IMG/VR virus record: IMGVR_UViG_3300035041_000037
Coordinates: 1-43,960 of that record
Length of the DNA: 43,960 nucleotides
Strand: one strand, 5' to 3'
From: a virus
Lineage: Duplodnaviria > Caudoviricetes
Shown: positions 25,168 through 34,381 of the stretch, piece by piece
Layout: the number at the start of each line of letters is the position of its first letter
Position numbering within the stretch: position 1 is the first letter of the stretch
The notes under the pieces: model-generated
What the model saw: only the letters and a program-made list of their open reading frames with translations
Databases searched by the model: none
Told to the model about the DNA's origin: nothing
Translations under genes and position numbers: made by a program

Positions 25168-27639
25168 ATGGCTAAAAAACTATCGCTCGGAGTGACAATC
25201 GGAGCCACACTATCCAGCAAATTCCATAAGGCGATAGGCGGCGCAAGAAACGAGTTCAATACCCTGGGGCAGGAAATAAAAGACCTCAAAAACCAGCGCG
25301 GCCTGATTGAAAAGTTTGAAAAAGACCAGGCTGCTATGGAAAAAACCCGCCTCAAGCTGGACAAAACCCAGCAGGAGGTGATGCAGCTCAAGCTCGCGCT
25401 GCGCAAAGACCCATCCAACAAAGGCCTAGCCAAAGATCTGGCGAAAAACCAGAAGGAAGCCGAAAGGCTTTCCGGCGCACTCAACAAGAACCGCACCCGC
25501 CTCGATGATAGTCGCCGCGCCGCACGTAAGGCCGGGGTCGATGTCGAAAACCTCGCGCGCGAACACCGTCGCCTGGGCGACACCCTCGACCAGACCCGCA
25601 CAAAATACGCGCGCATGCAGCGCCGCATGGAGAAAAAGACCGCAGCAGGCCGCCGCCTGGGCGAGCTGCGCGGCCAGATAGCCGGGGTTACCGGCGCCGT
25701 GTATGGATTATGGAAAATAGCCGATACTGCCATTGAGTTTGAATCCGCAATGGCCGATGTGCGCAAGACAGTTGACTTTAGCGACCCAGGCGGGCTGAAA
25801 AAACTTGGCACCGAAATCCGCAAAATGTCGCGCGATATCCCGGTAGCCGCATCCGGCTTGGCTCAGATAGCAGCAGCTGGCGGACAGCTGGGCATTGTCG
25901 CTGAAGACCTGCCTCAATTTACCGAAACAGTCGCGAAAATGGCAACCGCGTTTGATATGGGACCTGAAGAGGCAGGCGACGCCATGGCTAAGCTTGCCAA
26001 CATATACCAGATACCCATCAATGAAGTAGGGCTTCTGGGTGACGCGGTAAACCATCTTTCAGACAACACTGCAGCTAAGGCCAGAGATATTGTGCCGGTG
26101 CTTTCCAGGGTAGGTGGCACAGCTAAACAGTTCGGCTTATCTGCTGTTCAGGTAGCCGCCCTAGGGGATGCCTTTGTAGCCTTAGGTAAGCGACCGGAGG
26201 TAGCCGGGACAGCAATCAACGCCATGCTAACCAAGCTACAGACGGCAACCAGGCAAGGGGGCAAGTTCCAGGAAGGCCTGGCCTCGATAGGGATGAGCGC
26301 CGAAGAGCTGGAACGCTCTATTTCCAAAAACGGCCAGCAAGCACTGGAAGGCTTTCTTGAGCAGGTTGCAATGGTCGACAAACAAGATCGCGCCGGAATC
26401 TTGGCAGACATGTTTGGCATGGAATATGCGGACGACATTTCCCTGTTGACCGGAAGCCTCGACCAGTACCGTAAAGCTCTCGGGCTAGTCGCCAGCGAAT
26501 ATGCTTACGTTGGCAGCATGACTAGAGAATTCGAGAACCGTAGCAAGACCACAGAAAACGAGCTGAAGCGGCTTAAAAACAGTATCTCTGGCGCAGCGAT
26601 AAGTCTAGGCAGCACTTTACTGCCTGCGATAAACGCGGTGATCAGGCCAGTAGCTATAGCTTCAAACAGGGTGGCTGACTTGTCCGACAAATTCCCCTGG
26701 CTGGGCAAGGTGATCGGCGGCACAGCCGCAGCGGTCGGGTTGTTTGTGGGCGCAGTGGTAACAGCTACAGCCGCCACCTGGGTCTGGAACGCTGCCCTGG
26801 CCGCCCCGGCAATAGGCTGGATGATCGGCAAGGTGGGCGCTCTCAGATCCGCAATCACTATGCAAACCGTAGCCGCCAAGGCTTCAACCGCCGCCACCTG
26901 GGCACTATCCACCGCGCAAAAAGCATGGGCGGTCGGCAGCACGATCGTAACTGCCGCCATCGGTGCTATCTCTACAGGCTTTCGAGCAATGAGCCTGGCG
27001 ATTATAAGCAACCCGATCGGCCTCGCCATTGCCGGGATTGCCTTGGCAGCCGGATTGGTTATCAAATATTGGGAACCCATAAAAAGCTTTTTCAGTGACC
27101 TCTGGGGCGGCATTAAGTCGCTCTTTAAAGATGGGGTCGGTTTTTTAACCAAGATATGGGAAACGTCGCCTATCGGCCTGATGTTTAAGGCGGGTAAGAA
27201 GATCGCCGGATGGGTCGGAGGAATTTTCGGCGGTGATGACGAAAAGGAAAACGAGGCGCCCCAAAAACGCCGCCCCGGCTCAATTGCCGGAACCGGTAGA
27301 GTAGCCAAAGCAGCAGGCGTTACCGCGCTTGGCACTGCCCTGGCAGTTACCCCGGCCGCAGCACAGACAGGAGAACCCCAGAGCCGCGCCAACGTTCAGC
27401 CTCTGGTTCAGCCGGTAAAAATGTCCGAACCCCAAGGCCGCGCCAGCTTCGAAGATGCCATACAGCCGCGCCCACAGGCTGCCGGAAAGACCGAATACCA
27501 CACGCCCGTGAACACAACCATACATATTTCCCCGCCACCAGGCACATCAGAGCGCGAAATAGCCATGGAGGTATCCCGCGCCCTCGATGAGCGCGAACAG
27601 CAGGCACAGGCAAAAGCGAGAGGACGGCTCTATGACTGA
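25168..27639 (+). CDS. tail tape measure protein (TP901-type core)
   Basis: 823 aa; FESAMADVRK, NPIGLAIAGIA...YWEPIKSFF. Confidence 0.92.
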   Translation: MAKKLSLGVTIGATLSSKFHKAIGGARNEFNTLGQEIKDLKNQRGLIEKFEKDQAAMEKTRLKLDKTQQEVMQLKLALRKDPSNKGLAKDLAKNQKEAERLSGALNKNRTRLDDSRRAARKAGVDVENLAREHRRLGDTLDQTRTKYARMQRRMEKKTAAGRRLGELRGQIAGVTGAVYGLWKIADTAIEFESAMADVRKTVDFSDPGGLKKLGTEIRKMSRDIPVAASGLAQIAAAGGQLGIVAEDLPQFTETVAKMATAFDMGPEEAGDAMAKLANIYQIPINEVGLLGDAVNHLSDNTAAKARDIVPVLSRVGGTAKQFGLSAVQVAALGDAFVALGKRPEVAGTAINAMLTKLQTATRQGGKFQEGLASIGMSAEELERSISKNGQQALEGFLEQVAMVDKQDRAGILADMFGMEYADDISLLTGSLDQYRKALGLVASEYAYVGSMTREFENRSKTTENELKRLKNSISGAAISLGSTLLPAINAVIRPVAIASNRVADLSDKFPWLGKVIGGTAAAVGLFVGAVVTATAATWVWNAALAAPAIGWMIGKVGALRSAITMQTVAAKASTAATWALSTAQKAWAVGSTIVTAAIGAISTGFRAMSLAIISNPIGLAIAGIALAAGLVIKYWEPIKSFFSDLWGGIKSLFKDGVGFLTKIWETSPIGLMFKAGKKIAGWVGGIFGGDDEKENEAPQKRRPGSIAGTGRVAKAAGVTALGTALAVTPAAAQTGEPQSRANVQPLVQPVKMSEPQGRASFEDAIQPRPQAAGKTEYHTPVNTTIHISPPPGTSEREIAMEVSRALDEREQQAQAKARGRLYD

Positions 27640-28024
27640 AACAATGATGGCGCTGGGCCCGTACAGGTTTTCTATTGATGCCGCAGCATATCAGCAGCTG
27701 ATGCGCACAACCGCTTACCGGTGGCCTGCCCAGGAGCGTATCGGGCGCAGACCGGCGTTGCAGTTTGTCGGCACCGGCACAGAGACGGTATCGCTCACAG
27801 GCGCTATCTACCCGCATTACGCCGGTGGCCTGGGGCAGATAGACAAGATGCGCGCTATTGCAGCCCAGGGTAACCCGCAGCAGCTGGTGGACGGACGCGG
27901 CAAGATATGGGGCCTGTGGTGCATCGAGCGCATCGAAGAGACCCGCACCGTACTATTTGCTAACGGCGACCCACGCAAAGTGGAGTTTCGCATTGCGCTT
28001 TCCAATTATGGGGAGGACATGTAA
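27632..28024 (+). CDS. tail protein (P2 gpU-like)
   Basis: MMALGPYRF, RIGRRPALQFVG, LVDGRGKIWGLW. Confidence 0.88.
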   Translation: MTETMMALGPYRFSIDAAAYQQLMRTTAYRWPAQERIGRRPALQFVGTGTETVSLTGAIYPHYAGGLGQIDKMRAIAAQGNPQQLVDGRGKIWGLWCIERIEETRTVLFANGDPRKVEFRIALSNYGEDM

Positions 28025-28231
28025 ATGCTGACATACCGCACCAAAGACGGCGACACCCTGGACTGGATATGCCACAAGCACTACGGGCGCACATCCGGCG
28101 CAGTCGAAGCTGTGCTGGAAGCAAACCCCTCCCTTGCGAGCAGGGGCCCGGTGTACGCTGCCGGAGTATCCATAAAACTGCCTGAGCTGCCTGAGGCTCA
28201 AACAGAAACCGTTGTGAGGCTGTGGGATTGA
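28025..28231 (+). CDS. tail protein X (LysM-like)
   Basis: YRTKDGDTLDWICHKHYG...VLEANP...VRLWD. Confidence 0.9.
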   Translation: MLTYRTKDGDTLDWICHKHYGRTSGAVEAVLEANPSLASRGPVYAAGVSIKLPELPEAQTETVVRLWD

Positions 28232-29208
28232 TGACTCCAGACTTTCGCATACTCGCTGACTCTGCCGATATAACCGCCGCGATCCGCGCGCGCCTGGTGT
28301 CGCTGAGTGTTACAGACGAAGCAGGCACAGACAGCGACAGCGCCGAAATAACCCTGGATGACCGCGATGGAGTGATCGCCCTGCCGCGTACCGGCGCGCA
28401 GCTGGAGATAGGCATGGGTTACAAAGAGAGCGGCGTGCTCACTATGGGGCGCTATGTTGTGGATGAAATATCCCTATCATCGAACCCGCAGACATTAAGA
28501 ATCAGATCGCGCGCGGCCGACCTGCGCCAGGGGCTTAAGCGCCCACGCACCCGTCCGTGGGAAGATGTAAGCGTGAGCGACATTGTATCGACCATTGCCG
28601 CAGAACACGGCTACGAACCCAAGGTGGCGCAGGCGCTTGCATCGGAGCAAATAAAACATCTGGATCAGCTGGATGAATCAGACCTGCACTTTCTCACCCG
28701 CCTCGCGCGTGAGCGCGGAGCAATTGCCAAGCCAGCGGGCGGAATGCTGCTGTTTGTGCCGCCCGGTGAAGCCAAGAGCGCCAGCGGCAAAAACCTGCCA
28801 GCCATAACCCTTGACAGAAACGAATTTACGCGCTGGAGCGTAACCATCGCCGAGCGGGGTAAATACCTCTCGGTTATTGCGCGCTGGCACGATCCGGACA
28901 CAGCCACCGAACACAGCGTCACCGTCGGCGAAGGGGACCCGACCTACACCATCCGCCGCCTTTACCCGGACGAAGCCACAGCAACCAGCGCAGCCAGGGC
29001 GCAGCTCGATGCGTTTACGCGCGGCGTTGCAACCCTGCGCGCCACAGGGCCCGGCAATCCAACCTTTGTGGGCGAAAGCCCGCTGACTATTTCCGGAGTG
29101 CGCTCCGGGGTTGACGGCAGCTGGAGCGTAACCAGGGTTACACATCGGATTGATAAGGGCGGGTATACGTGTGACATCGAAGCCGAGATACCCAAGGGAG
29201 GGCAGTAG
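28222..29208 (+). CDS. baseplate hub / late control D protein
   Basis: SDSAEITLDD, DQLDESDLHFLTRLA. Confidence 0.9.
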   Translation: MGLMTPDFRILADSADITAAIRARLVSLSVTDEAGTDSDSAEITLDDRDGVIALPRTGAQLEIGMGYKESGVLTMGRYVVDEISLSSNPQTLRIRSRAADLRQGLKRPRTRPWEDVSVSDIVSTIAAEHGYEPKVAQALASEQIKHLDQLDESDLHFLTRLARERGAIAKPAGGMLLFVPPGEAKSASGKNLPAITLDRNEFTRWSVTIAERGKYLSVIARWHDPDTATEHSVTVGEGDPTYTIRRLYPDEATATSAARAQLDAFTRGVATLRATGPGNPTFVGESPLTISGVRSGVDGSWSVTRVTHRIDKGGYTCDIEAEIPKGGQ

Positions 29209-29544
29209 ATGAAAGGCATGGATAGAAAGACAGGCAAAAGCCTGGAGGATAAAGACCATCTGCGCCAGAGCATAGAGGATATTTTAACTACGCCGCTTGG
29301 CTCCCGGGTAATGCGGCGCGATTATGGCAGCCGCCTGTTTGAGTTGGTAGACCGCCCCACAAGCCCGGCACTGCTGGTAGACATTTACGCCGCCACGGCC
29401 GAAGCAATCAAAAAATGGGAGCCGCGCGTCAGGATCGACAGCGTACAGGCGGACGAAATTGCAAGCGGTAAAATCAGCCTGACCCTGACCGGCACCTACC
29501 TGCCCGACGGGCAAGACATAAAAATTGAAGGGATTGTTGTATGA
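29209..29544 (+). CDS. baseplate wedge protein (P2 gpW/T4 gp25-like)
   Basis: HLRQSIEDILTTPLGSRVMRRDYGS, WEPRV. Confidence 0.92.
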   Translation: MKGMDRKTGKSLEDKDHLRQSIEDILTTPLGSRVMRRDYGSRLFELVDRPTSPALLVDIYAATAEAIKKWEPRVRIDSVQADEIASGKISLTLTGTYLPDGQDIKIEGIVV

Positions 29545-30428
29545 GCGCCATAGACCTAAGCTTGCTGGATGCCCCTCAAGTTGTAGAATCTCTGGAGTAC
29601 GAAGATGTGCTCGCAGAAATGGTGGAAGACCTTAAGGATCGTGATCCTGAGTTTGACGCCATGCTCGCATCCGACCCGGCGCACAAGATCCTCGAGGTTG
29701 CCGCTTATCGCGAAACTCTCCTGCGCCAACGCGTTAACGATGCCGCGCGCGCGGTGATGCTGGCGTATGCTACCGCCGAAGACCTTGACCACCTGGCTGC
29801 GCTATACGACACCGAGCGCCTGGTGGTAGACGAAGGAGATCCGGACGCGGTGCCGCCGGTACCGCCCACGTACGAAACTGATTCTGCCCTGCGCGCGCGG
29901 GTACAGCTTGCGCCCGAAAGCCTCAGCGTTGCAGGCCCGGCTGGTGCGTATAAATACCACGCCCTTTCTGCGGCTGCAGATGTGCTTGATGTGGATGTCG
30001 ATACACCTACACCCGGAGAAGTGCTGATCACCGTGCTCTCCGCGTCTGGAGATGGTACCCCGGATGCCGCCTTGCTCAGCACTGTCGAGGATGCCGCTGC
30101 CGCAGAAGATGTCCGCCCGCTCACAGACAGTGTGACCGTGCAGGCGGCAACCATTATACCGTACACCATATCTGCCACGCTCACCTTTTTTGAAGGACCA
30201 GACACTGAGACCATCCGCCATACGGCCGAGGAAGCCTGTCAGGACTATATCGACAGCAGCCACCGCCTCGGGCGCGATGTCACACTCTCGGGCATATATG
30301 CCGCGCTGCACCAGCCGGGGGTGCAAAACGTGTCCCTGGCGGAGCCAACGGCCGACATTATTGTAGACCCACAGGAAGCCTCATACTGCACAAGCTTGAC
30401 CGTCAGCGCCGGAGGGACAGATGAGTAA
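29541..30428 (+). CDS. baseplate assembly protein J
   Basis: IDLSLLDAP, AYRETLLRQRVN, SVAGPAGAY, VRPLTD. Confidence 0.92.
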   Translation: MSAIDLSLLDAPQVVESLEYEDVLAEMVEDLKDRDPEFDAMLASDPAHKILEVAAYRETLLRQRVNDAARAVMLAYATAEDLDHLAALYDTERLVVDEGDPDAVPPVPPTYETDSALRARVQLAPESLSVAGPAGAYKYHALSAAADVLDVDVDTPTPGEVLITVLSASGDGTPDAALLSTVEDAAAAEDVRPLTDSVTVQAATIIPYTISATLTFFEGPDTETIRHTAEEACQDYIDSSHRLGRDVTLSGIYAALHQPGVQNVSLAEPTADIIVDPQEASYCTSLTVSAGGTDE

Positions 30429-31023
30429 GATGCTCCCACCCAACGCAACCAAGCAGGAACAGGCGATAGAGCAGTCCACCGCGCGCATCGGCTCTGTGCC
30501 TGTGCCTGTCGGTGATATCTGGAACCCCCACACTTGCCCGGCGAAGCTCTTGCCCTGGTTGGCGTGGGCGCTCTCTGTCGATGTTTGGGACGCATCCTGG
30601 AGCGATACAGTCAAGCGGCAGGTTATCGCTGATTCTCTGCCGGTGCACGCGCGCAAAGGTACGCCATGGGCGGTAAAACGTGCCATGGAAGCAGCCGGCG
30701 CTCCATCAATGCAAATATCAGAATGGTTTGAGCACGGCGGCGCTCCGTACACGTTCCGCGTATGCGTAAGCACTGACGACGAACCCCTGACTCCTGTGCT
30801 GGTAGGCAGGCTGATGGGGGATATAGATCAGTACAAAAACGAGCGCTCTTGGGGCAGCCTGCGCATCAGCCAAAGTGGAGAAATGGGCGTTTCTCTGCGC
30901 ATCGCATCTCATCACATCCCCAAGATAACCGTGCTGCCCTTCCAGATTGAGATATCCACCACGCAAACCCAGATATATTCAGGCGTGGGCGTAAAAATAG
31001 CCTACAAGACAACCACTATCTAA
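30421..31023 (+). CDS. tail protein I (P2 gpI-like)
   Basis: LPPNA, CPAKLLPWLAWALSVDVW, HARKGT. Confidence 0.9.
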   Translation: MSKMLPPNATKQEQAIEQSTARIGSVPVPVGDIWNPHTCPAKLLPWLAWALSVDVWDASWSDTVKRQVIADSLPVHARKGTPWAVKRAMEAAGAPSMQISEWFEHGGAPYTFRVCVSTDDEPLTPVLVGRLMGDIDQYKNERSWGSLRISQSGEMGVSLRIASHHIPKITVLPFQIEISTTQTQIYSGVGVKIAYKTTTI

Positions 31024-31034
31024 GGAGCCAAGAC

Positions 31035-32273
31035 ATGAAGTTTCCCGGTTTTTCTCTCACCACAAAGGGGCAGGCGCTACTAGCAAAAGTGCAAGCTGGG
31101 GCCACGCTCTCTTTTACGCGCGCCGCTACCGGATCGGGCAAAATGCCTCCCAGCGGCGCACCCTTCGGTGCTGTTTCCGACCTTGAAACCGTTACCGTGC
31201 AAAATACCGAGCTTGGCACCGCATCTGCTGCCGACGTCGATACTGGGTTTACGATCACAGAAGAGACCGCTGGCGATTCCACAACTGCCGAGGTTACCAG
31301 CGTCACGTGTCTACCCGCAGCAGACCTTTCCGGCGGAGAATATTTCACCATAGATTCGCCCCACCTGGGTTTTTACGTGTGGTTCAGTGTTGATGCAGCT
31401 GGCACAGATCCTAAAGCGGGCACCATTGGCATCGAGGTTGCGCTTGCAGGGGCAGACAGCGCCCTGACTGTAGCGCAAAAACTGGCTACAGCGCTGGATC
31501 AGTACAGGGTGGATCAGTCCGACCTATATAAACTGGTGGGCGAAGAGCAGACCCTGGCGGTGCAGTCAGTAACCAGGGTGGATGATGTTGTGACCGAGAT
31601 AGCCACGGTGCTCACAAATACCGGGCTGGAAACGGGGTACTATCTGTGCGAGCTCGGTATTTTCGCTACCGATCCGGATGATGGAGAAGTGCTCTACGCA
31701 TACAGCAATGCAGGGGATAACGGCGATTACTTCCCCGCGGAAGGTGGTGCGACCCTGGTTGAAGCAGATCTGCGCCTGCGCACCATTGTTTCAGCAAATG
31801 CCTCAGTGCAGATGGAAGTGTCCACCGACGCTTTTGCTTCGCTTAAGGCGCTGATGGATGACGTATATGGGCGCAGTTCTAAAGAGCCCGTCCGTGCTGC
31901 ATCGGTAGCACCCGTGACCCTTTCCGGGCTGCAAACCGTTGATGGTGTAGCACTGGCCGCAAATGACAGGGTGCTGGTTAAAAACCAGAGCGACTCCAGC
32001 GAGAACGGCATCTACCTGGTAGCAGCAGATGCGTGGGAGCGCACGCTTGACTTTGACGCTGCAGAGAAGATCTCCAACGGGTTGACCGTGCCTGTGGCGG
32101 AAGGGGAGCAGCAGCGCAGCACGGTGTGGCAGCTCAGCACTTCCGGAGAAATTACCCTGGGAACCACAGCGCTTGTGTTTAAGCTTGTAGGCGACAGGCT
32201 TGCCGACACATCCACCCAGACTGTATACCAGATGAGCATAGAGGACGGTATTTTTACCCTTACCGAGCAATAG
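31035..32273 (+). CDS. tail fibre / collar protein
   Basis: LTTKGQALLAK...GYYLCELGIFATDPDDGEVLYAY; later LSGLQTVDGVAL..DRVLVKNQ...ENGIY module. Confidence 0.75.
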   Translation: MKFPGFSLTTKGQALLAKVQAGATLSFTRAATGSGKMPPSGAPFGAVSDLETVTVQNTELGTASAADVDTGFTITEETAGDSTTAEVTSVTCLPAADLSGGEYFTIDSPHLGFYVWFSVDAAGTDPKAGTIGIEVALAGADSALTVAQKLATALDQYRVDQSDLYKLVGEEQTLAVQSVTRVDDVVTEIATVLTNTGLETGYYLCELGIFATDPDDGEVLYAYSNAGDNGDYFPAEGGATLVEADLRLRTIVSANASVQMEVSTDAFASLKALMDDVYGRSSKEPVRAASVAPVTLSGLQTVDGVALAANDRVLVKNQSDSSENGIYLVAADAWERTLDFDAAEKISNGLTVPVAEGEQQRSTVWQLSTSGEITLGTTALVFKLVGDRLADTSTQTVYQMSIEDGIFTLTEQ

Positions 32274-32281
32274 GAGCAAAC

Positions 32282-32617
32282 ATGTACGGATACCCTAAAA
32301 CCATAGAGACTAAAGCCGATGTCGCCGCTTTGACGGACTACATGGGCAGCAAGTGGGCCACGCAGGAAAACATCGACAAAGGCCTCGACTTTTTGCGCGG
32401 CCTGATTGAGAGCCGCAAGGCTTATTTTTTCGACAAGAACCTTGCCGAAGGCGAAGAGCCGACGGGATCTGCACCGGAGTATATCGTTCTGGAGCAGGAA
32501 GACGGAACGCGCAGACAAGAGGCCCTGGCCGATGACCCTAACGCGCGCATCTACCGCAAGGGTTTTACTGCCGATGAAGTGCAGGCACTGATAGACCAGA
32601 TTGAAGGGAGTAAATAA
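32282..32617 (+). CDS. hypothetical tail-associated protein
   Basis: AGGAG RBS; coupled to the DGR target gene. Confidence 0.7.
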   Translation: MYGYPKTIETKADVAALTDYMGSKWATQENIDKGLDFLRGLIESRKAYFFDKNLAEGEEPTGSAPEYIVLEQEDGTRRQEALADDPNARIYRKGFTADEVQALIDQIEGSK

Positions 32618-33675
32618 TGGTAGGAGATAAGATAATCGTACCCGCGCAGGCGGCAGGTTTTGCGAGCCTGTTCGGGCGCATTGAAAAAGGCAGCGGCGAC
32701 ACCCTTAATCTGCCGGAGGGCATGCTGAACATCGGCGGCAATGGTAAAGGGTATCTTACATCTCAGGAGTCGAACTGGGACCCTTTTGACGCTGCAAACA
32801 ATGACGGCAGCTTTAGTTCTGCAAACCTGGGCGATGATATATATATCTACGCCTGCCAGCACTCAAGTGGCACTGCAAAATGGATAGCGAGTAAAAACAC
32901 CACCGTCCCCACCGGGTACACCGCCGGTGATAGCCGCAAGGTGGGCGGTTTCCACGTTGGGCGCTTTCGTGGGATAGCTAACCGCTACGATACCGCATAC
33001 GTGCCGCCCACGCAGATAATCCCCAACAGCTGCTGGGATATCCAGCACCGCCCTACATGCGACCCCACCGGGATGGCTGAGATCGTACCCGGTAGCCTCT
33101 GGGCTGATATATACCTCAACAGCGAGGGCGCTGGCACCTGGCCGGAAAATATCCCGGTGAGCAAATATGGTGCTACCCTTATTCGCGACAACATCTACAG
33201 CCGCAGCGACTTCCACCAGCTTATAAACAACGCTGGGAAGCGCCTGCCTACCCCGGAAGAGTTCCTGCGCTATGCCGAGGGCGCACCACAGGGAAGCGAC
33301 ACCGACAACAACACTGCCTGGAGCGATGCCAGCAACACCGGACCCACCACAGCGGGCGGGGTGGCAAAAGCTGTCAGCCAGCACAATATTGTCGATGCCG
33401 CAGGGAACCTGTGGGAATGGTTGGATGCGCACTATGATCTGGGGGATTACGCCGGTAACACGACCCCATACGAATGGGATCAAACTCTCGTAGATGTAGG
33501 TAAAGACTCCACTATTGCGCGCGGTTCCGTGAAACACTGTTCCTGGCGTTCCTTCATCGGCGGAGGCAAGTGGAACGAGGGCGTGTACTGCGGTTCGCGC
33601 TGTCTCGGTTCGCATGCGAATCCGTGGAATTCGTCTGGGAATGTGGGTTTGCGCGGCGTCTGTGACGCCTTATGA
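32617..33675 (+). CDS. DGR target protein, Mtd-like receptor-binding protein with FGE-sulfatase/C-type-lectin fold
   Basis: GKRLPTPEEF, DAAGNLWEW, C-terminal GG.W...CGSR...NVGLRGVCD carrying the VR; located at the end of the tail operon. Confidence 0.9.
   Translation: MVGDKIIVPAQAAGFASLFGRIEKGSGDTLNLPEGMLNIGGNGKGYLTSQESNWDPFDAANNDGSFSSANLGDDIYIYACQHSSGTAKWIASKNTTVPTGYTAGDSRKVGGFHVGRFRGIANRYDTAYVPPTQIIPNSCWDIQHRPTCDPTGMAEIVPGSLWADIYLNSEGAGTWPENIPVSKYGATLIRDNIYSRSDFHQLINNAGKRLPTPEEFLRYAEGAPQGSDTDNNTAWSDASNTGPTTAGGVAKAVSQHNIVDAAGNLWEWLDAHYDLGDYAGNTTPYEWDQTLVDVGKDSTIARGSVKHCSWRSFIGGGKWNEGVYCGSRCLGSHANPWNSSGNVGLRGVCDAL
33522..33666 (+). repeat. DGR variable repeat (VR)
   Basis: 145-nt copy of 34053..34197 with 8 mismatches, 7 at TR adenines. 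Confidence 0.95.
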
Positions 33676-34034
33676 GCATGAACCATGAAGGGGCCCCGCG
33701 GCAGCGGGGCCTTGTATTGCTAAGTAAGGCAGAACGCCTGATTGCAGAAATTGCGCCTGCAATAGACCGGATACCCAGAGTGCAGCGCTACCGCTATGCA
33801 AAGAGGTTGGAAGATGCCCTTTGGGAGCTTGTTGATTACACAATCCGCGCGGCATGCAGCGGCCAGAAAAGCAAGGTTTACAGGGTTGATGAGCAGATAA
33901 GGCTTGTTCATGCCCTGTTGCGCCACGGAGCAGAAAGAAAACTGCTTAGCCCTTCCAGGGTTGGAGCGGCTGCAGGCATGTTGGCAGAAATTGGCGCGAT
34001 TGTGGGTGCCTGGCGCAAAAGATTTAGCAAGTAG
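33672..34034 (+). CDS. avd: DGR accessory variability determinant
   Basis: 120-aa basic helical protein between target and TR; IPRVQRYRYAKRL...EIGAIVGAW motif. Confidence 0.88.
   Translation: MSMNHEGAPRQRGLVLLSKAERLIAEIAPAIDRIPRVQRYRYAKRLEDALWELVDYTIRAACSGQKSKVYRVDEQIRLVHALLRHGAERKLLSPSRVGAAAGMLAEIGAIVGAWRKRFSK
33692..33711 (+). promoter_or_regulatory. DGR target-recognition hairpin/cruciform
   Basis: GGCCCCGC-GGCA-GCGGGGCC, 8-bp GC stem with 4-nt loop, 25 nt downstream of the VR. Confidence 0.75.
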
Positions 34035-34052
34035 GGCAAAAAGGGGATTCGA

Positions 34053-34197
34053 CGGTTCCGTGAAACACTATTCCTGGCGTTCCTTCATCGGCGGAGGCAA
34101 TTGGAACGAGGGCGTGAACTGCGGTTCGCGCTGTCTCAATTCGAATGCGAATCCGTGGAATTCGAATGGGAATGTGGGTTTGCGCGGCGTCTGTGAC
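34053..34197 (+). ncRNA. DGR template repeat (TR)
   Basis: Between avd and RT; 27 adenines by hand count, nine AAY codons in the VR frame. Confidence 0.93.
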
Positions 34198-34381
34198 CAC
34201 TAAACAATAGAGAGTGTATCAAGGATATTGGTGCAACCAAGAACCCCTAAGGGGTCAGCCTTTTTGTCCTGGCCCTGTGTAAATGCAGGCCGAATATAAA
34301 ACATGGCCGCGCCGCGCGAGTAATTACCTTTTTGGTAGCGAAAGCCCGGCGCGGTCTTTTTCTTTTTTTAAGGGAGCCAAC

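Noticed and set aside
31035-32617. Second DGR target or invertible tail-fibre cassette
   Set aside because: No additional VR copy, invertase or flanking inverted repeats seen by eye; a local alignment of the TR against the window would confirm.
33904-34203. 99-aa ORF resembling the target C-terminus
   Set aside because: It is the TR read in the VR frame and overlaps avd out of frame; no RBS; the TR is expected to act as RNA.
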